Shown here piece by piece: positions 17,986 through 27,368 of a stretch of DNA of 64,000 nucleotides (position 1 is its first letter; the number at the start of each line of letters is the position of its first letter). A program made the position numbers and the translations under genes. The notes below the pieces were generated by a model. That model saw nothing but the letters and a program-made list of their open reading frames with translations, was not told the DNA's origin and did not search any database. Location: contig CAWAYP010000010.1 of assembly GCA_963786375.1 (NCBI GenBank), positions 256,660-320,659 on the forward strand. Reading direction: 5' to 3'. Source of the DNA: an uncultured Verrucomicrobiae bacterium. Its GTDB lineage: Bacteria > Verrucomicrobiota > Verrucomicrobiia > Limisphaerales > UBA11358.

Positions 17986-18653
17986 AACTTGCTGGCCTTT
18001 GTTGGAAGCGGCCCGTTCTATCCCGAGACAACCAATGATGCTGTGAACAGCGACGCCACGTATGAAAATTCGTCCAGTCCGGGGAGCGGCGTGGCCACGC
18101 CGCCGGGCAGCCCGGGCACACAATTCACCGTGGGGCTTTATGGTGACACGAACGCTGTTTACGAATACATCTCCGATGGGAATGGGAACCAGGGACGGAC
18201 ATACGGAATTGGCGTGGACATTTTGCCCGTTTCGCCGTGACCATCCCGTCGCAGCATTCTTGACAAAACTTCAACTTGCCTTAAATAGGCCACGCCATAG
18301 CAGAAATCGGAGGGCATCTCTGGAAAACGGCCATACCAGGAGATGAGTCTCGTCAACTGAAACCAAGCAATTGATGCGACGGATGATTAATTTCGGGAAA
18401 GACCCGCTGCGTATTTGCGCCTAAAAAGGTTCGGAAAAGGGTTCGATCCTGTAGGAAAAGGATAATCCGCGTATAGCGCCCCCCCGAATCCAAGTTTGCC
18501 GGGAATCGAGAGGCCAAGTCTAGGACACCTTCAACAGCCTTAGGGTGGAAAAACAGCGACCAGCAACCATAACCCATTGCCCAATGTTGATCAGAAAACG
18601 ATGTCAAAAAGCCCGCACCGATTCTCCACCGAAGTGGCTTATGCCCGGGTAGG

Positions 18654-18776
18654 TACCCGGAACGGTTCGCGCAGGAGGCTTTGGGCCACAACAGCAAGGC
18701 GGTGCATCGCGCCTATGCAAAACGGGCGCTGATGAAAATTCCTTCGCTGGAAGATTACGAACAACGGGCAACGTGA
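18654..18776 (+). pseudogene. orphan 3' end (40 codons) of the same integrase family
   Basis: It translates to YPERFAQEALGHNSKAVHRAYAKRALMKIPSLEDYEQRAT*. This is co-linear with the last 40 residues of the 12875-14170 ORF at both DNA and protein level. Confidence 0.6.
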
Positions 18777-18800
18777 AACCAGCCCGCAGCCTATCCTCAC

Positions 18801-18813
18801 GTTAGGCGGCACA
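18801..18813. repeat. cassette-boundary core GTTAGGCGGCACA
   Basis: Perfect 13-bp inverted partner of TGTGCCGCCTAAC at 19381-19393. Confidence 0.55.
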
Positions 18814-18833
18814 GCGTAACGGTTACACATCCG

Positions 18834-19364
18834 TCATCCTTCTGGGAAGGTAGCCTTCACACGCTTGGAAACACTAAAATAGCAATACCAAATAATAAAA
18901 ACAAATGCGGAATAAAATAAGCCGTCTTTCACTTGACCGCTCACAAAGCGCATACACTCATCAGGCAGACCGAAACCCATGTAAAGAAATGCAAGCGAAC
19001 CCAATGACCATGCCAAACGTATGATCAAGTAACGCTTCACGAAACGCACAGCTCCGGGTCGTAGTCTTCTCAAATTCAAGGCCGCGATGAAACCGAATAT
19101 GAAAATCCCCAAGTTGCCAACGAAGACTACGAACGGCAGGTAACCAATATTACCATTTAAATCCTTGTCCCACACGTTCATCACCGTCGTCATCAGTTCT
19201 ACGCCATAAATAAGCATAAATAAGGGGGCTATGAAAAGTCGGATGATGCAAAAAACGAGCAGCCAACCACTGTAGCCTTTGTAACGGTTAACAGACGGGT
19301 TGGTGGATGCTGGTGGTAAAACTCCTTCTGATTTAGCCGTGATGTTTGATGGATTTTCGCTCAT
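18834..19364 (-). CDS. multi-pass membrane protein, hypothetical; cassette-like unit
   Basis: 176 aa with 4-5 hydrophobic helices. It is bracketed by GTTAGGC/GCCTAAC cores with 13-bp extended complementarity. On the minus strand the core-to-ATG distance is 22 nt, as in the other cassettes. Confidence 0.6.
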   Translation of the reverse strand: MSENPSNITAKSEGVLPPASTNPSVNRYKGYSGWLLVFCIIRLFIAPLFMLIYGVELMTTVMNVWDKDLNGNIGYLPFVVFVGNLGIFIFGFIAALNLRRLRPGAVRFVKRYLIIRLAWSLGSLAFLYMGFGLPDECMRFVSGQVKDGLFYSAFVFIIWYCYFSVSKRVKATFPEG

Positions 19365-19380
19365 ATCCGCAATGTAATAT

Positions 19381-19393
19381 TGTGCCGCCTAAC
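19381..19393. repeat. cassette-boundary inverse core TGTGCCGCCTAAC
   Basis: Perfect inverted partner of 18801-18813. Confidence 0.55.
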
Positions 19394-19620
19394 GTCAAAT
19401 ATAGGCACAGCCACAGCAGCCGGGCCTCAAATGGAATGATGATAATCAAGTTTTGGATCATGGTCAAAACTGAAAGGCGCATGGCTGTTGGCTGCTGGTA
19501 AATTGAAAAGCGGACGACCTGCTGGATCGAACAGTTGTGGCTCTCAGTGAAGGAGCAAATTCGTATCCTCCAGGCGTCCGCTAAATTGTTAAACCGATTA
19601 ACCACAACCAAAGGTATGTT

Positions 19621-19905
19621 ATGACAGACACCCCTTCTATAGCATGGCTGGGCTTGGATGCCCACTCCAGAAATTGCGTGCTGGCCCAACTCGACGACCA
19701 GGGCAATGAAATCAATCACTGGCGTTTCCCAACGGACCCACGGCAACTCCTCAAACATCTCCAAGCCATCCCCGCCGCCGTCAAACGTCTCATGCTCGAA
19801 GAATCCAACCTCGCCCGCTGGATCAGTCAGCTCCTCAGGCCGCATGTCCAACAGCTCATCGTCTGTGATGCCCGCCGCAATCGTCTCATCAGCCAGGATG
19901 CCCAT
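19621..19905 (+). pseudogene. IS110-family (DEDD) transposase, N-terminal fragment
   Basis: IAWLGLDAHSRNCVLAQLDDQGNE........KRLMLEESNLARWI...L....QQLIVCDARRNRLI follows the IS110 N-terminal domain pattern. Similarity is lost after about 95 codons, and no C-terminal domain is present. Confidence 0.6.
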
Positions 19906-20506
19906 ATGCGAAACACGCGGAAGTCACGGTGCCGTCGCTGGCGGATTGGGAAAAGGATTGGCAGGAAAATCCGCAACGCAGCGCGCAACCAAAGTTGCTG
20001 CCGGTGAATTTCCGGTCGCCGTCGGCTACCATCACTTCGCGACTGACGGGATACCAACGTAAGTAAATCTTGCAGTGCTGAACTCAAAATAAGTTGCAAA
20101 AGTTCTTGTAATAAGCTGGGGAACTTGGTAATAAGCCCCGTTGTGAGGAGTTTTGGTCCGTTGGCCGTGAGCCTCTAATCCTTGATGACGTTGTAGTAAC
20201 AAAGTGAATTACGGCTATCAAAAGTATGAAAACTAAAAACGACCTTTGTAGTCTCAAGTCGGAGAAGCTCGTATCTCGTAACCAATGGGGTATGAAACTG
20301 ATCCTATCCAATCCCATTAAATTCAAGCGGCCGGCGGCGCTGGCGCTGGCGCTCCTGGCCATGTTGGCAACCGCGTAACCGCCTAAAGCGGAACGGGCGG
20401 TCGTCTTCACTCCAACACAACATTTATTCACTGCCTGATTCACGAGTCGGCGTCACTGTGCCCGCATTTTATTTTTGCAACCAAACCAAACAACCATAAA
20501 TTAAAA

Positions 20507-21814
20507 ATGAAAATAAAAAGCATCCTGACCATGTTCATCGCGCTGTCAGCCAGCGCTTACCAACTCATCGCGCAAGGCGTGACCTTTACGAACCAAACTT
20601 TTAGCGTCGGCAGTCAACCGGCTTTCGCCGCAGTGGTTGATATCAATGGTGACGGCAAGCCGGATTTGATTAGCGCAAACACCGGCGGAGGAGCTGGCAA
20701 CACCCTGACGGTGTTGACGAACAATGGCAGCGGTGGTTTTGTTTTTAATGCCACTCTTACCGTGGGCAGTAATCCGCAGTCCGTTGCGGCGGCAGATGTC
20801 AACGGCGACGGCTATATTGATTTAATCTGTGGGGATGATAATAGTAGCTCTTTGACTGTGCTGACGAACAATGGCAGCGGTGTCTTCGGCTTCAATGCTA
20901 CACTTACTGTTGGCGGTAATCCGCAGTGCGTCATTGCGGCGGATGTCAATGGCGATAACAAACCCGATTTGATCAGTGCAAATAACAGTTCCGCCTCGCT
21001 GACGATCCTCACCAACAATGGCAGCGGTGTCTTCGGCTTCAATGCCACGCTCAGCGTTGGCAATACGCCATTTTCTGTCATTGCGGCGGACCTCAGAGGC
21101 AGTGGCCATTTGGATTTAATCTCTGCAAATTACGGCGGCAACTCGCTGACGGTATACACAAACAATGGCAGCGGTGTCTTCGGCTTCAATGCCACGCTGA
21201 ATGTGGGCAACTCTCCGACGTGCGTCATTGCGGCGGACCTCAGAGGCAGTGGCCATTTGGATTTAATCTCTGCAAATTCCGGCGGCAACTCGCTGACGGT
21301 ATACACGAACAATGGCAGTGGTGTCTTTGGCCTCAATGCGACAATCACAACCGTGGGGAGCAGGCCATTTTCCGTTGCGGCGGCAGATGTCAATGGCGAC
21401 GGCAAGCTGGATTTAATTTCTGCAAACAATACCGCTGGCACACTAACGGTGTTGACGAACAATGGCAGTGGGGTATTCGGCCTTAATACCACGCTCACCG
21501 TAGGCAATGGGCCTTATTGTGTATTGGCAGCGGATGTCAACGGCGATGGCAAACCGGATTTGGTTTGTGTAAATAATTTAGACTCCACACTGACGGTGCT
21601 ATACAACACGACCGTATTTCCCACACCGCTATTGGGCATTGGGGCTTACGGCAACCAATCGGTTCTCTTTTGGCCAGCATCAGTCACGAATGTTGTCCTG
21701 CAAACCACCACCAACCTGTCGTCGCCAAACTGGGTGACTGTTTCCAACGGCACGCCGTTCACCGCAATTGGATTCACCAACTCGTCACCCGCACAATTCT
21801 TCCGTCTGCATTGA
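20507..21814 (+). CDS. secreted FG-GAP/VCBS-repeat protein with a C-terminal FFR-ending module
   Basis: Signal peptide, then seven roughly 49-58-aa repeats (LTVLTNNGSGVFGFNATLTVG..P..V.AADVNGDGKPDLISAN). The C-terminal domain ends SSPAQFFRLH. Confidence 0.85.
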   Translation: MKIKSILTMFIALSASAYQLIAQGVTFTNQTFSVGSQPAFAAVVDINGDGKPDLISANTGGGAGNTLTVLTNNGSGGFVFNATLTVGSNPQSVAAADVNGDGYIDLICGDDNSSSLTVLTNNGSGVFGFNATLTVGGNPQCVIAADVNGDNKPDLISANNSSASLTILTNNGSGVFGFNATLSVGNTPFSVIAADLRGSGHLDLISANYGGNSLTVYTNNGSGVFGFNATLNVGNSPTCVIAADLRGSGHLDLISANSGGNSLTVYTNNGSGVFGLNATITTVGSRPFSVAAADVNGDGKLDLISANNTAGTLTVLTNNGSGVFGLNTTLTVGNGPYCVLAADVNGDGKPDLVCVNNLDSTLTVLYNTTVFPTPLLGIGAYGNQSVLFWPASVTNVVLQTTTNLSSPNWVTVSNGTPFTAIGFTNSSPAQFFRLH

Positions 21815-21983
21815 AGCCAGTTGCCATGTCTCTCATCAGCCGCTGTGGGCAACTGTGGCGGCTGTTCTACACTTTTTCAAATGAGCGATGCCGGTTGTTG
21901 ACGAGCTTTTTCTAGGGCGAAGCAAAAGAACAGTCACGGTCGCCTCTTTGCAACGAAATCGGCGTTGGTCCTGTGCCCCAAAC

Positions 21984-22236
21984 TAGAGTATTTTCTATTT
22001 AGATAGACGCATTTGGCCATTGGTGCTATTCTCTTTTCATGAAAAGGGAACTATGCGGCCTTTGAGCCAGGACTTACGACAGCGGATCATCGCCGCGCGA
22101 GAGCGCGGGGAGGGCACCGGCGACGTTTGCCAGCGTTTTGGCGTCAGCCGCAAAAGCGTGGAGCGTTTTTGGAACAGCACCGTCTAACGGGCCAGTGCCG
22201 ACCCCAAAAGATCGGCGGTTACCGGCGCTCCCGCTT
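21984..22236 (+). mobile_element. truncated 5' end of the IS630-family element found intact at 61511-62537
   Basis: It begins with the same terminal repeat TAGAGTATTTTCTATTTAGATAGACGCAT. It stays almost identical (a few substitutions and one indel) to 61511-61763, then similarity stops abruptly. Confidence 0.8.
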
Positions 22237-22458
22237 TCCGACAGCACGTCATAAGAAAGGACCAGACGATGAAAGGCAAAGGGTGGACAGCTGTTGCGGT
22301 CGTGGTTCAATGCGACAATTGCCGGCGGATTCGTCTGAGCCATTCGCATTTTCCAAATTGTCACCGTCTTGTTTCTGAACCGTCTTTGACGAAATCCGAT
22401 AAATTTGGTTTGCTGTCCGTGTTCAGTTTGGGCAAGAAAGCAACATAATGGTTCTAGA

Positions 22459-22501
22459 GGCGCTGGCGACCAGCAGCATCCGCCAGCGCCCTTCTTGTTT
22501 T
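22459..22501 (+). terminator. rho-independent-type hairpin
   Basis: A perfect 10-bp stem GGCGCTGGCG / CGCCAGCGCC with a 12-nt loop, followed by CTTCTTGTTTT. Confidence 0.45.
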
Positions 22502-22514
22502 GAAACCAGATTAA

Positions 22515-22665
22515 ACAAAAAAGCCAGCGGGCGCTGACAGGGCAACTCGCTGGCCGGACTTCAAAGAGCTGGCTAACGGGTAAAACGCCGGGTTTGGCCT
22601 TCCAAACGCTTCCGCGTAGAACGCGGTGCGCGGATTGAAACCCCGCACTCTTCGTCAGCTCTCGC
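22515..22665 (-). ncRNA. candidate about 150-nt small RNA (unknown family) with its own promoter and terminator
   Basis: On the minus strand: TTGAAA (22701-22696), an 18-nt spacer, then TATGAT (22677-22672). The terminator hairpin GCCAGCG...CGCTGGC (22554-22523) is followed by TTTTTTGT. Internal hairpins are GUGCGGGG-UUUCAAU-CCGCGCAC, CGCG-UUCUA-CGCG and GUUUGG-AAGG-CCAAAC, with a closing helix AGAGCUG/CAGCUCU. There is no ORF. Confidence 0.4.
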
Positions 22666-23426
22666 ACCGGAATCATATCAAAATCCTGCATCGGATTTCA
22701 AGCAGTTTCTGAACCTGCGTAAAAAAAAGCCGTTTGAGCGGGTTTGTGTGAGCGGGCGCGGGATGCCGAGCAAGAGCAATCCCGTGCCGGCTCGCCCGCT
22801 CATTCCACGCCGAAGTCTTGCCGGTTCGCAGTTCTGAAAAGGGTGGTGTCAGGCACAAACCGGATTACACTCCATCCTGCGGGAGTTTGACGAATTTGAA
22901 CCAGTATTCGTGGAGGATCTTGACCAATTCCACCAGTGAATTGAACGTCGCGGGTTCCGCAGTGAGGGCTTCTTTCTGTGTGTTCAACTCCCGAAGGCTC
23001 GAACCGGTCGGTTTGTATAGTCTAGCCAATACACGGTATCATGCCAGGCCAATACAGCCTAGTAGTCCAAACTTGGACACAAAAATCACGCGGCACCCGA
23101 CAGACACGGCGCTGACACTCTGGTAAAGGCTACGCCAAGACTTAGGAGGGGTATCCGGGACCGGAGGCACCTTCGTTGAACTATAAGGCAGAAGTGCGAC
23201 CGGATAAAATAGGTGTTGTAAATGAGCCGGAACCGGCCGCTTGGAGTTGCACAGAAGTGAACGGAGAGCAGGTCACGTGGTCGGTGCTCGGCTTGGTCTT
23301 GGCGGCAGCCATTGTGATTGCCGTGCTGATTTTGTCGAAAATTCTGTGAACATTTCAAAACCTGAATTTTGGCCCGGAGTTCTTTTTGGACTTAAGTAAA
23401 ACGACAAAAGAAACTAAAAACTTAAT

Positions 23427-23567
23427 ATGATAATCAAAATTCAAAACCTGCTGCTCACTGTGGCATTGTTGGCCGCCACTATCCAAGTCGGCGCCCAAGG
23501 CACGGTGTTCACCTACCAGGGCCAGCTCCAGAACAATGGCAGCCCGGTGATCGGCATCTACAACTAG
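23427..23567 (+). pseudogene. 46-codon stub of a secreted protein gene
   Basis: MIIKIQNLLLTVALLAATIQVGAQGTVFTYQGQLQNNGSPVIGIYN*. This is a signal peptide plus the first conserved strand, followed by a premature TAG. Confidence 0.3.
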
Positions 23568-23973
23568 AACAACCGGGTAATCTTTTCTGTCGTAAGACCT
23601 CAACCGGCACTATGCGCCATGACAGCATGGAACAATTGGCAACGCATCGAGCATATCCTCCTGTCTGCAACTTCCGTGCCTACTCCTAGCGTGCTCCCTC
23701 CGCCGGATATGCTTGACTGGCTTTCCACGATGCCAGTTGGCTGATTCAAAGACAAATTGAGCGCCAAATTGCGTGGTAAAGTGTGTGATAAACTGTGTGA
23801 GAAAGTGTAACGACGGAGTAGGGGAGGTGTAGCGACAGATTATGGTTGTGTAATGGCGGAGTCGTGCTATCGTCAAAAGAACCAATGCGTTGAGCGTTGT
23901 GAGTCATGGACGCTTTGGAAGTTATTGGTGCTCTTTAAGAAGGATAGATAGGGCTTCAGCGGCAGACTCGTTA

Positions 23974-23996
23974 CGAGCCCTGCCTCTGGAGCCAAT
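23974..23996 (+). repeat. attR-side 23-bp direct repeat (copy of tRNA-Asn 3' end)
   Basis: Perfect match to 7808-7830. The upstream flank no longer resembles the tRNA. Confidence 0.85.
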
Positions 23997-23999
23997 CCG

Positions 24000-24191
24000 T
24001 GCCATAGAAAGAACCTCATTTCGGCGGTTTCCGCTGAGTCCAATGGGGCAAGTGTATTCGATTTCCGCCTCTGAATCCTTAATGTTAATGCGCCGGATGA
24101 AAGAGTTTAAAAATGCCTTTCTGTGCATTATGCTTCCCTCGTTTAACGTGCTTCGCAAATCTTCGACATAGGCCGTGATGGTTTTGCCATA
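24000..24191 (-). pseudogene. C-terminal fragment of a recombinase-family (large serine recombinase-like) protein
   Basis: The minus-strand frame reads YGKTITAYVEDLRSTLNEGSIMHRKAFLNSFIRRINIKDSEAEIEYTCPIG. This resembles the conserved C-terminal '...RKAFIRSFV..I.V.....I.Y' tail of large serine recombinases (from memory). A stop lies upstream. Confidence 0.3.
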
Positions 24192-24555
24192 TCACGAGTT
24201 ATCCCCTTGGCACAAACGCGATTCGATATGGTTTTCCGCGTCCCGAATTGCCAAGTGAAACTGTGATTTTAAAAGTTCTTTCTATGGCATGACCTAGGGA
24301 GCCAACTTCACAACTCGTCGGCGGACAATGACAGCTTCAAGCTAAAGGCTTAAAAATTGCCAAAAAATGGTCCAAACAGGCCACCCGTTAGAAGAATTGT
24401 CAGAAGATATTCGCCGGTGCGACGTGCTGGTCACGTTTCCTGTAATTTCTTCCACGTGTCTGCCAGAGGCCATTAAAACCGGGGAAGGTGTGCGGCGGAT
24501 ATTTAATTGATTCCAGGTTTAACGGAACGTGGTTGTCCGGGCTGCGTCAAACCTG

Positions 24556-27160
24556 TTACTGCTTCCCGTTCAGAACCTCATGCAAGGTATTAAGCATGGT
24601 TGCGGCAGTGTAAGGTTTGGGGATGAAATGCAAGACGCCGGAGTCCCTGGCCTTGGCTATGCCGCCTTGAGAGGCCTGCCCGCTGGAACTGATGATTTTG
24701 ACATCCGGATTCATGTTCTTAAGTGCAACAATGGTGGCTGGACCATCCATGATCGGCATCACCATGTCGGTGATGACCGCGCTGATTTCCTCCTGCCGGG
24801 GCGCATAGAGGGAAACCGCTTCCGCGCCATCCGCGGCGAGCAGGACGCGATAGCCGAATCGTTCCAATGTTTTCCGCGCGATATTGCGGATGGGCTCCTC
24901 GTCATCCACCACGAGCACCAGTTCGTCGTGGCCGCGCGGCAACTGGGGTGCCTGCGCGGTTGCGTTTGCCTCGACCCCCCGGCTTGGGTTGGCCGGAAAA
25001 TAGACTTCGAACCGGCTGCCCTTGCCCGGGTCGCTGTGGCAGTGGATGAACCCGCCGTGGTTCTTGACAATGGCCAGGGTCGTGGACAAACCCAATCCCG
25101 TGCCCTTGCCGGGTTCCTTGGTCGTAAAGAACGGATCAAAAATCTTGTCCTGAATCTCCCTGGGAATTCCCGTGCCGGTGTCCGTCACCGTGATATGCCA
25201 CATACGGGCCGGCTTTGGCCTCCGGATTCATCCCGGCGTAGGTTTCGTCGAACATGATATTTTCCATCTGGATGGACAGTTGGCCGCCCTGGGGCATGGC
25301 GTCGCGCGCGTTGACCGCGAGGTTTAACAGGACTTGGTGCAGTTGCGTCGGGTCGCCGGTAATGGTCCACAGGTCGGCCGCCGTATGGCAGGCAAACTCC
25401 ACCGACTTGGGGAAGGTTTCGTGGACGATCTGTTTGATTTCATGGGCAATATGTTTGGGATTAACCGCAATCCGTTCGCCGGTGGCTCCACGCCCGAACA
25501 ACAGCACTTGTCTGACAAGGCGCGCGCCGCGCTCGACGTTGGCTTCCAGGGCCTGCAGCAATTTCCGCCCGTCTTCATCAGTCACCTTGTCCTTCAACAC
25601 CTGGACCGCGACGAGCAGAGGGGTCAGGACGTTATTCAGATCGTGGGCGATGCCGCCTGCCAGCGCGCCGATTCCTTCCATGCGTTGGGAACGCAGAGAC
25701 TGGATTTCGAGGTTCTTCCTTTCGGTGATGTCGGTGTTGATGATGAGCCGGGACTTCGGACGACCCTGCTCGTCACGAATGACATTGCATCGTCCCTGAA
25801 CGGTGATGGTTTTGCCGTCCTTGGTGGTTTGATGCAATTCACTGACCCATTCGCCGCGGTTGTTCAAGGTTTTGATGGTATTCGCCAGTTGCGGCGTAAT
25901 CACTCCCCGGCAAAGCATTTCGATCACCGATTTGCCGATGGCTTCGGCGGCCGTCCAGCCGTAAATCCGCTCGGCGCTTTTGTTCCAATAGATGATGCGG
26001 TCGTTTAAATCCATGACGAAGATGGCATCCTGTGCCTTGTCCAACAACGCGGCCTGTTCTTGGATGTGTTCCTCCGCCTGCTTGCGCCCGGTGATGTCGC
26101 GGGACAAGCCGAAAGTTCCAACGATTTCCCCTTTCTCGTTGAGGAGCGGCATTTTGGTGGTGGAAACCCATTCGATTCGTCCGTCGGGCCAGGTTTCCTT
26201 TTCCTCCTTTCCCACCAGAGGTTCTCCCGTGCGGATGATGGCTTGTTCATCGTCATAGGCCGGCTGCGCATGTTCTTGGCTGAAGAAATCGAAATCGGTC
26301 TTGCCAATCGCTTCCGCCGGATCGCTCAAACCCAAATGACGGGCCTGCGCCAGGTTGACCTGGATAAAGCGGCTCTCCCGGTCCTTGAAGTAAATCCCAT
26401 CCGGAACGTTCGCCATGAGCGCGTGAAGCAAATTGCGTTCTTTTGCCAGTTGCTCTTCCGCCTGCTTGCGCCAGGTGATGTCCTCGTAGGTGCCCAGCAC
26501 TCCCATCCCGCGGCCATCCTGGTCAAGCAACGGCACTTTGCTGGTCGTCAGCCATAACTTGGTTCCGTCCAACCGGGTTTGGAGTTCGTCGTAGTTAAGT
26601 TTGGGCTTGCCCGTGTCAAGCACCTGTTGGTCGTCGTCGCGGTAGTAATCAGCCACCGCCTTCCAGGTTGTCTCGTAGTCGCTCTTGCCGACCAGTTCAT
26701 CGGGGTCGCTATAACCCGCATCGAGAGCAAAGCGCTGGTTGCAACCCAGATAGTTCAAGTTCCGATCCTTCCAGAAAACCCGCTGTGGAATGGCATCCAA
26801 TATCAAGCGGAGCATCTGGCGGGATTTGAATAATTCAACCTCCACGCACTTGCGTTGAGAAATTAGAAAAGCGGTCAGCCACAGCACACCAATTCCCAGT
26901 AAACGACTGGTGAACGCCAAGTGAGGATCAACTCCCGGCGGCGAAAGAAAGAACCCGCCCAGCGTCAGCAATGACAAAACGGCGGCGGGCAGATAGGAGA
27001 AATAACGGCCGCCGACATAGACCGACAATAGCAGCGGAATAAAATACCAAACCCAGTCGGCAACGCCCAGTGGCGTCATGAAATCCAAAACCATCCCTAC
27101 AGCGGCAAGCGCAGGCATTGCCACAAAAACCACCGTCTTTTGTTGTCTGGAGGTCATCAA
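24556..27160 (-). pseudogene. hybrid PAS-sensor histidine kinase / receiver protein interrupted by a 1-nt frameshift near 25198
   Basis: The upstream ORF (25136-27160) has 5 TM helices, three PAS-like modules, HisKA (GGIAHDLNNVLTPLL) and the N box (LNLAVNARDAMP). The downstream ORF (24556-25203) continues with ITVTDTGTGIP, DPFFTTKE..GTGLGLS and a full receiver domain (VLVVDDEEPIR...DMVMPIMDG...KP). The two frames meet at ...AKAGPYV|HITVTDTG. Confidence 0.8.
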
Positions 27161-27368
27161 TGTATCACGGTGCCTTTCAATGGGACATTAAACTAAGCAG
27201 TTAAAATGCCTAAAAATGCGTTATTTCTCTTAACTGCGTTCAAGCGCGGCTTTCTTGCGTCTCATAATTTGTAAGCTTCCTTAATTCAATTGCTTAAACA
27301 GGATGGCCTTCAAAAGAACAAACAGGTTTGAGGACAAAAAACAGTAAAAATGGACTTTCAACCGCAGG

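Larger units (their letters stand above)
7808..23996. mobile_element. about 16.2-kb integrative genomic island inserted in the 3' end of tRNA-Asn
   Basis: The 23-bp sequence CGAGCCCTGCCTCTGGAGCCAAT occurs at 7808-7830 (tRNA 3' end) and again at 23974-23996. A tyrosine integrase lies directly beside the tRNA. The interior is full of mobile-element debris, an R-M system and integron-type cassettes. Confidence 0.8.

Noticed and set aside
22610-22650. A CRISPR-repeat-like string GTTTCAATCCGCGCACCGCGTTCTACGCGGAAGCG on the minus strand.
   Set aside because: It occurs only once. There are no spacers or further repeats anywhere in the window and no cas genes. I interpret it as hairpins within the candidate small RNA instead.
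22074-22691. 205-aa minus-strand ORF.
   Set aside because: It runs antisense through the IS630 stub and across two terminator hairpins and the candidate sRNA. It is not credible as a gene.
22975-23045. A tRNA-like T-arm string GGTTCGAGCC on the minus strand.
   Set aside because: The flanking bases do not form a T stem, and no acceptor, D or anticodon arms could be drawn.
23176-23349. Possible 57-codon ORF ending in a hydrophobic helix (…WSVLGLVLAAAIVIAVLILSKIL), preceded by AGGAGG at 23144.
   Set aside because: The only in-frame starts are TTG or GTG far from the ribosome-binding-like sequence. There is no homology handle and it lies inside a region of gene debris. It could be a small membrane peptide or toxin, but I cannot support it.
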